Shown here: positions 62,284 to 64,000 of the stretch, in pieces | Numbering within the stretch: the stretch's first letter is position 1 | How the letters are laid out: each line of letters begins with the position of its first letter | Translations under genes and position numbers: made by a program | Notes under the pieces: model-generated | Seen by the model: the letters and a program-made list of their open reading frames with translations, nothing else | The model's database searches: none | What the model was told of the DNA's origin: nothing | DNA from: Octopus sinensis | Lineage: Eukaryota | NCBI RefSeq assembly: GCF_006345805.1 | Contig: NC_043004.1 | Span: forward strand, 1,240,001 to 1,304,000 | DNA length: 64,000 nt | Direction: 5' to 3'

Positions 62284-63106
62284 ACCCTTTGTACACTCTG
62301 TAAAGTGGTTGGCATTAGGAAGGGCTTCCAGTCAGAGAAACCATGCCAAAACAGACAATTGGAACCTGGTGTAGCTCTTCAGCCATGCCAGCTCCTGTCA
62401 AACTGTTCAACCCATGCCAGCATGGAAAATGGACATTAAATGCTTCTGGTAACAGTAGTAATATTTTGATTTTTACAGATTTGGCAGAACAGGGAATCTA
62501 TTTTCAATTAATTTAGTTGGTCAAATGTAAGGAACGAGACACGGACAACAGCTCTGAGGTAAGTTATACTGCTATTGAAATTGTGAAGCTACAAATCTAA
62601 GTACAGCCATTATGGTGTACTCTAGTAAAGTGCATATCACTACTTATTCTAGCTTGAAAAAAATAAAGGAACTTGCCCAATGAAGCAAGAATGGAACAAT
62701 AAGCATGAAACAAAAAAAAATATTAAGAACATCATCATCATCGTTTAATGTCCGCTTTCCAGGCTAGCATGGGTTGGACGATTTCACTGAGGTCTGGCGA
62801 ACCAGATGGCTGCACCAGACTCCAATCTGATTTGGCAGAGTTTCTACAGCTGGATGCCCTTCCTAACGCCAACCACTCCGAGAGTGTAGTGGGTGCTTTT
62901 ACAATTGTAAAATGTGAACCACTGATCCTTTAGTTAAACTTGGCTATCTGTGTCCGACCCCTGTCTTTAAAATTCAGAGAAGTATTCCACTATTCTGAGA
63001 GTGAGGTGCTGTTGTTTAGCCCCAAGTGAAATCATTATATAAATCTAGGATCAAATACTTTCAGCCAGTTACCTTAGTAACTGAATCTATTTTTTTTTCC
63101 CTTTGT

Positions 63107-63336
63107 TTAACCCTCTCATTACTAACCCAACTGAAACCGGCTCTGGCACTGTAGTACAAATGTGTTGTTTTCATAAATTTTGAATTAAAATCTTCCACCA
63201 AACCTTAGTTACAATTTATATTCCTAACACTAGCTTAATTATAACCACATTATTTTACTATATTTTTTGTTATATTTAAAATTAATTGAAAGAAACACAG
63301 AGCATCTCAACGGAAATATGGTAACGAAAGGGTTAA
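63107..63336 (+). mobile_element. piggyBac-like MITE family 1 copy
   Basis: TTAA-CCCT...AGGG-TTAA ends and the same internal sequence. Confidence 0.8.
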
Positions 63337-64000
63337 AACAGAAGGGTGTAATTGGAAGGATATTTAGCTCCTACTTCTAACAGAGAGGCAATGATGTAGA
63401 GGTGCTCTTTAAATGTCAGCTGAGGCTTTTAGTTGTCATCCAAATCTTCAGTTTCTGGGTAAATATAAGGATCAAATGAGGACTACATCAAGGAGGTTGC
63501 TAAAAATCCTGTCTTTTATCAATCAAAGAACAATGAAATAAAATCCAACCAATCAGGTAACGGTGTTGACTAAACCAATCATGGCCATCCCATACAAATA
63601 TGTGGCCATTTTAACAATGTTAGACACTATTCATATTATCATCATCATCATCATTCATAGCTGCTGTTGTATACAGCTGTTTCCTCGTGTATGTACAGAT
63701 TTGTGTGTGTGTGTGTGTGTGCTGTTGTCCATTGGTACAAGTTGTTTTTTTTCTTTTTTTGGCCAGCATAAATTGAAACATTTCTTGCCAAGCATGAGGA
63801 GATATTTACAGTAAGAAATGTTAAACTGCAGAAGATCATAAAAATGATCTTGGAAAAAATAAAAACAATATAAAAGAACATAATGATGGTTGAAAAGCGA
63901 TACTTATAGCATTTTCACTTTTGGCTGTTAAAGATGGCATGTGTGTGTCGGTGGGGGAGGGGAGAAAGTAGAGGTTGGCTGAAATGTTGTGATACAATCT

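Noticed and set aside
1-64000. Intronic snoRNAs, which are expected in some ribosome-biogenesis genes
   Set aside because: I found no convincing C/D or H/ACA box pair with a terminal stem by eye; a snoscan/Infernal run would be needed.

Overview
AT-rich, microsatellite- and transposon-dense animal genomic DNA. The repeat landscape suggests an octopus/coleoid cephalopod; this is an inference and no search was run. The only host gene I can support is UTP11 (U3 snoRNP/SSU processome), represented by three minus-strand internal exons (55087-55203, 29848-29941, 23421-23551) that splice in frame. I found neither its first nor its last exons, so the whole window appears to lie inside this small gene's very large introns. 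The introns contain a young 5'-truncated RTE LINE with a PHD-type finger inside its RT region, many RTE 3' fragments, a second RTE-like lineage with C2H2 fingers, a decayed Penelope-like element (PLE), a DD37D Tc1/mariner fragment, piggyBac-like MITEs, a non-autonomous Helitron-like element and at least four tRNA-headed SINE families. The best novelty candidate is a tRNA-headed short element carrying a minimal type-I hammerhead ribozyme motif. It is inserted three times as an inverted head-to-head pair with an asymmetric ~35-nt tail, and two of the insertions show ~12-bp TSDs. This suggests a PLE-mobilised 'ribozyme SINE'. A second, unrelated hammerhead-like foldback element is also present. 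Most ORFs in the supplied track are microsatellite or repeat artefacts. TE boundaries are approximate.
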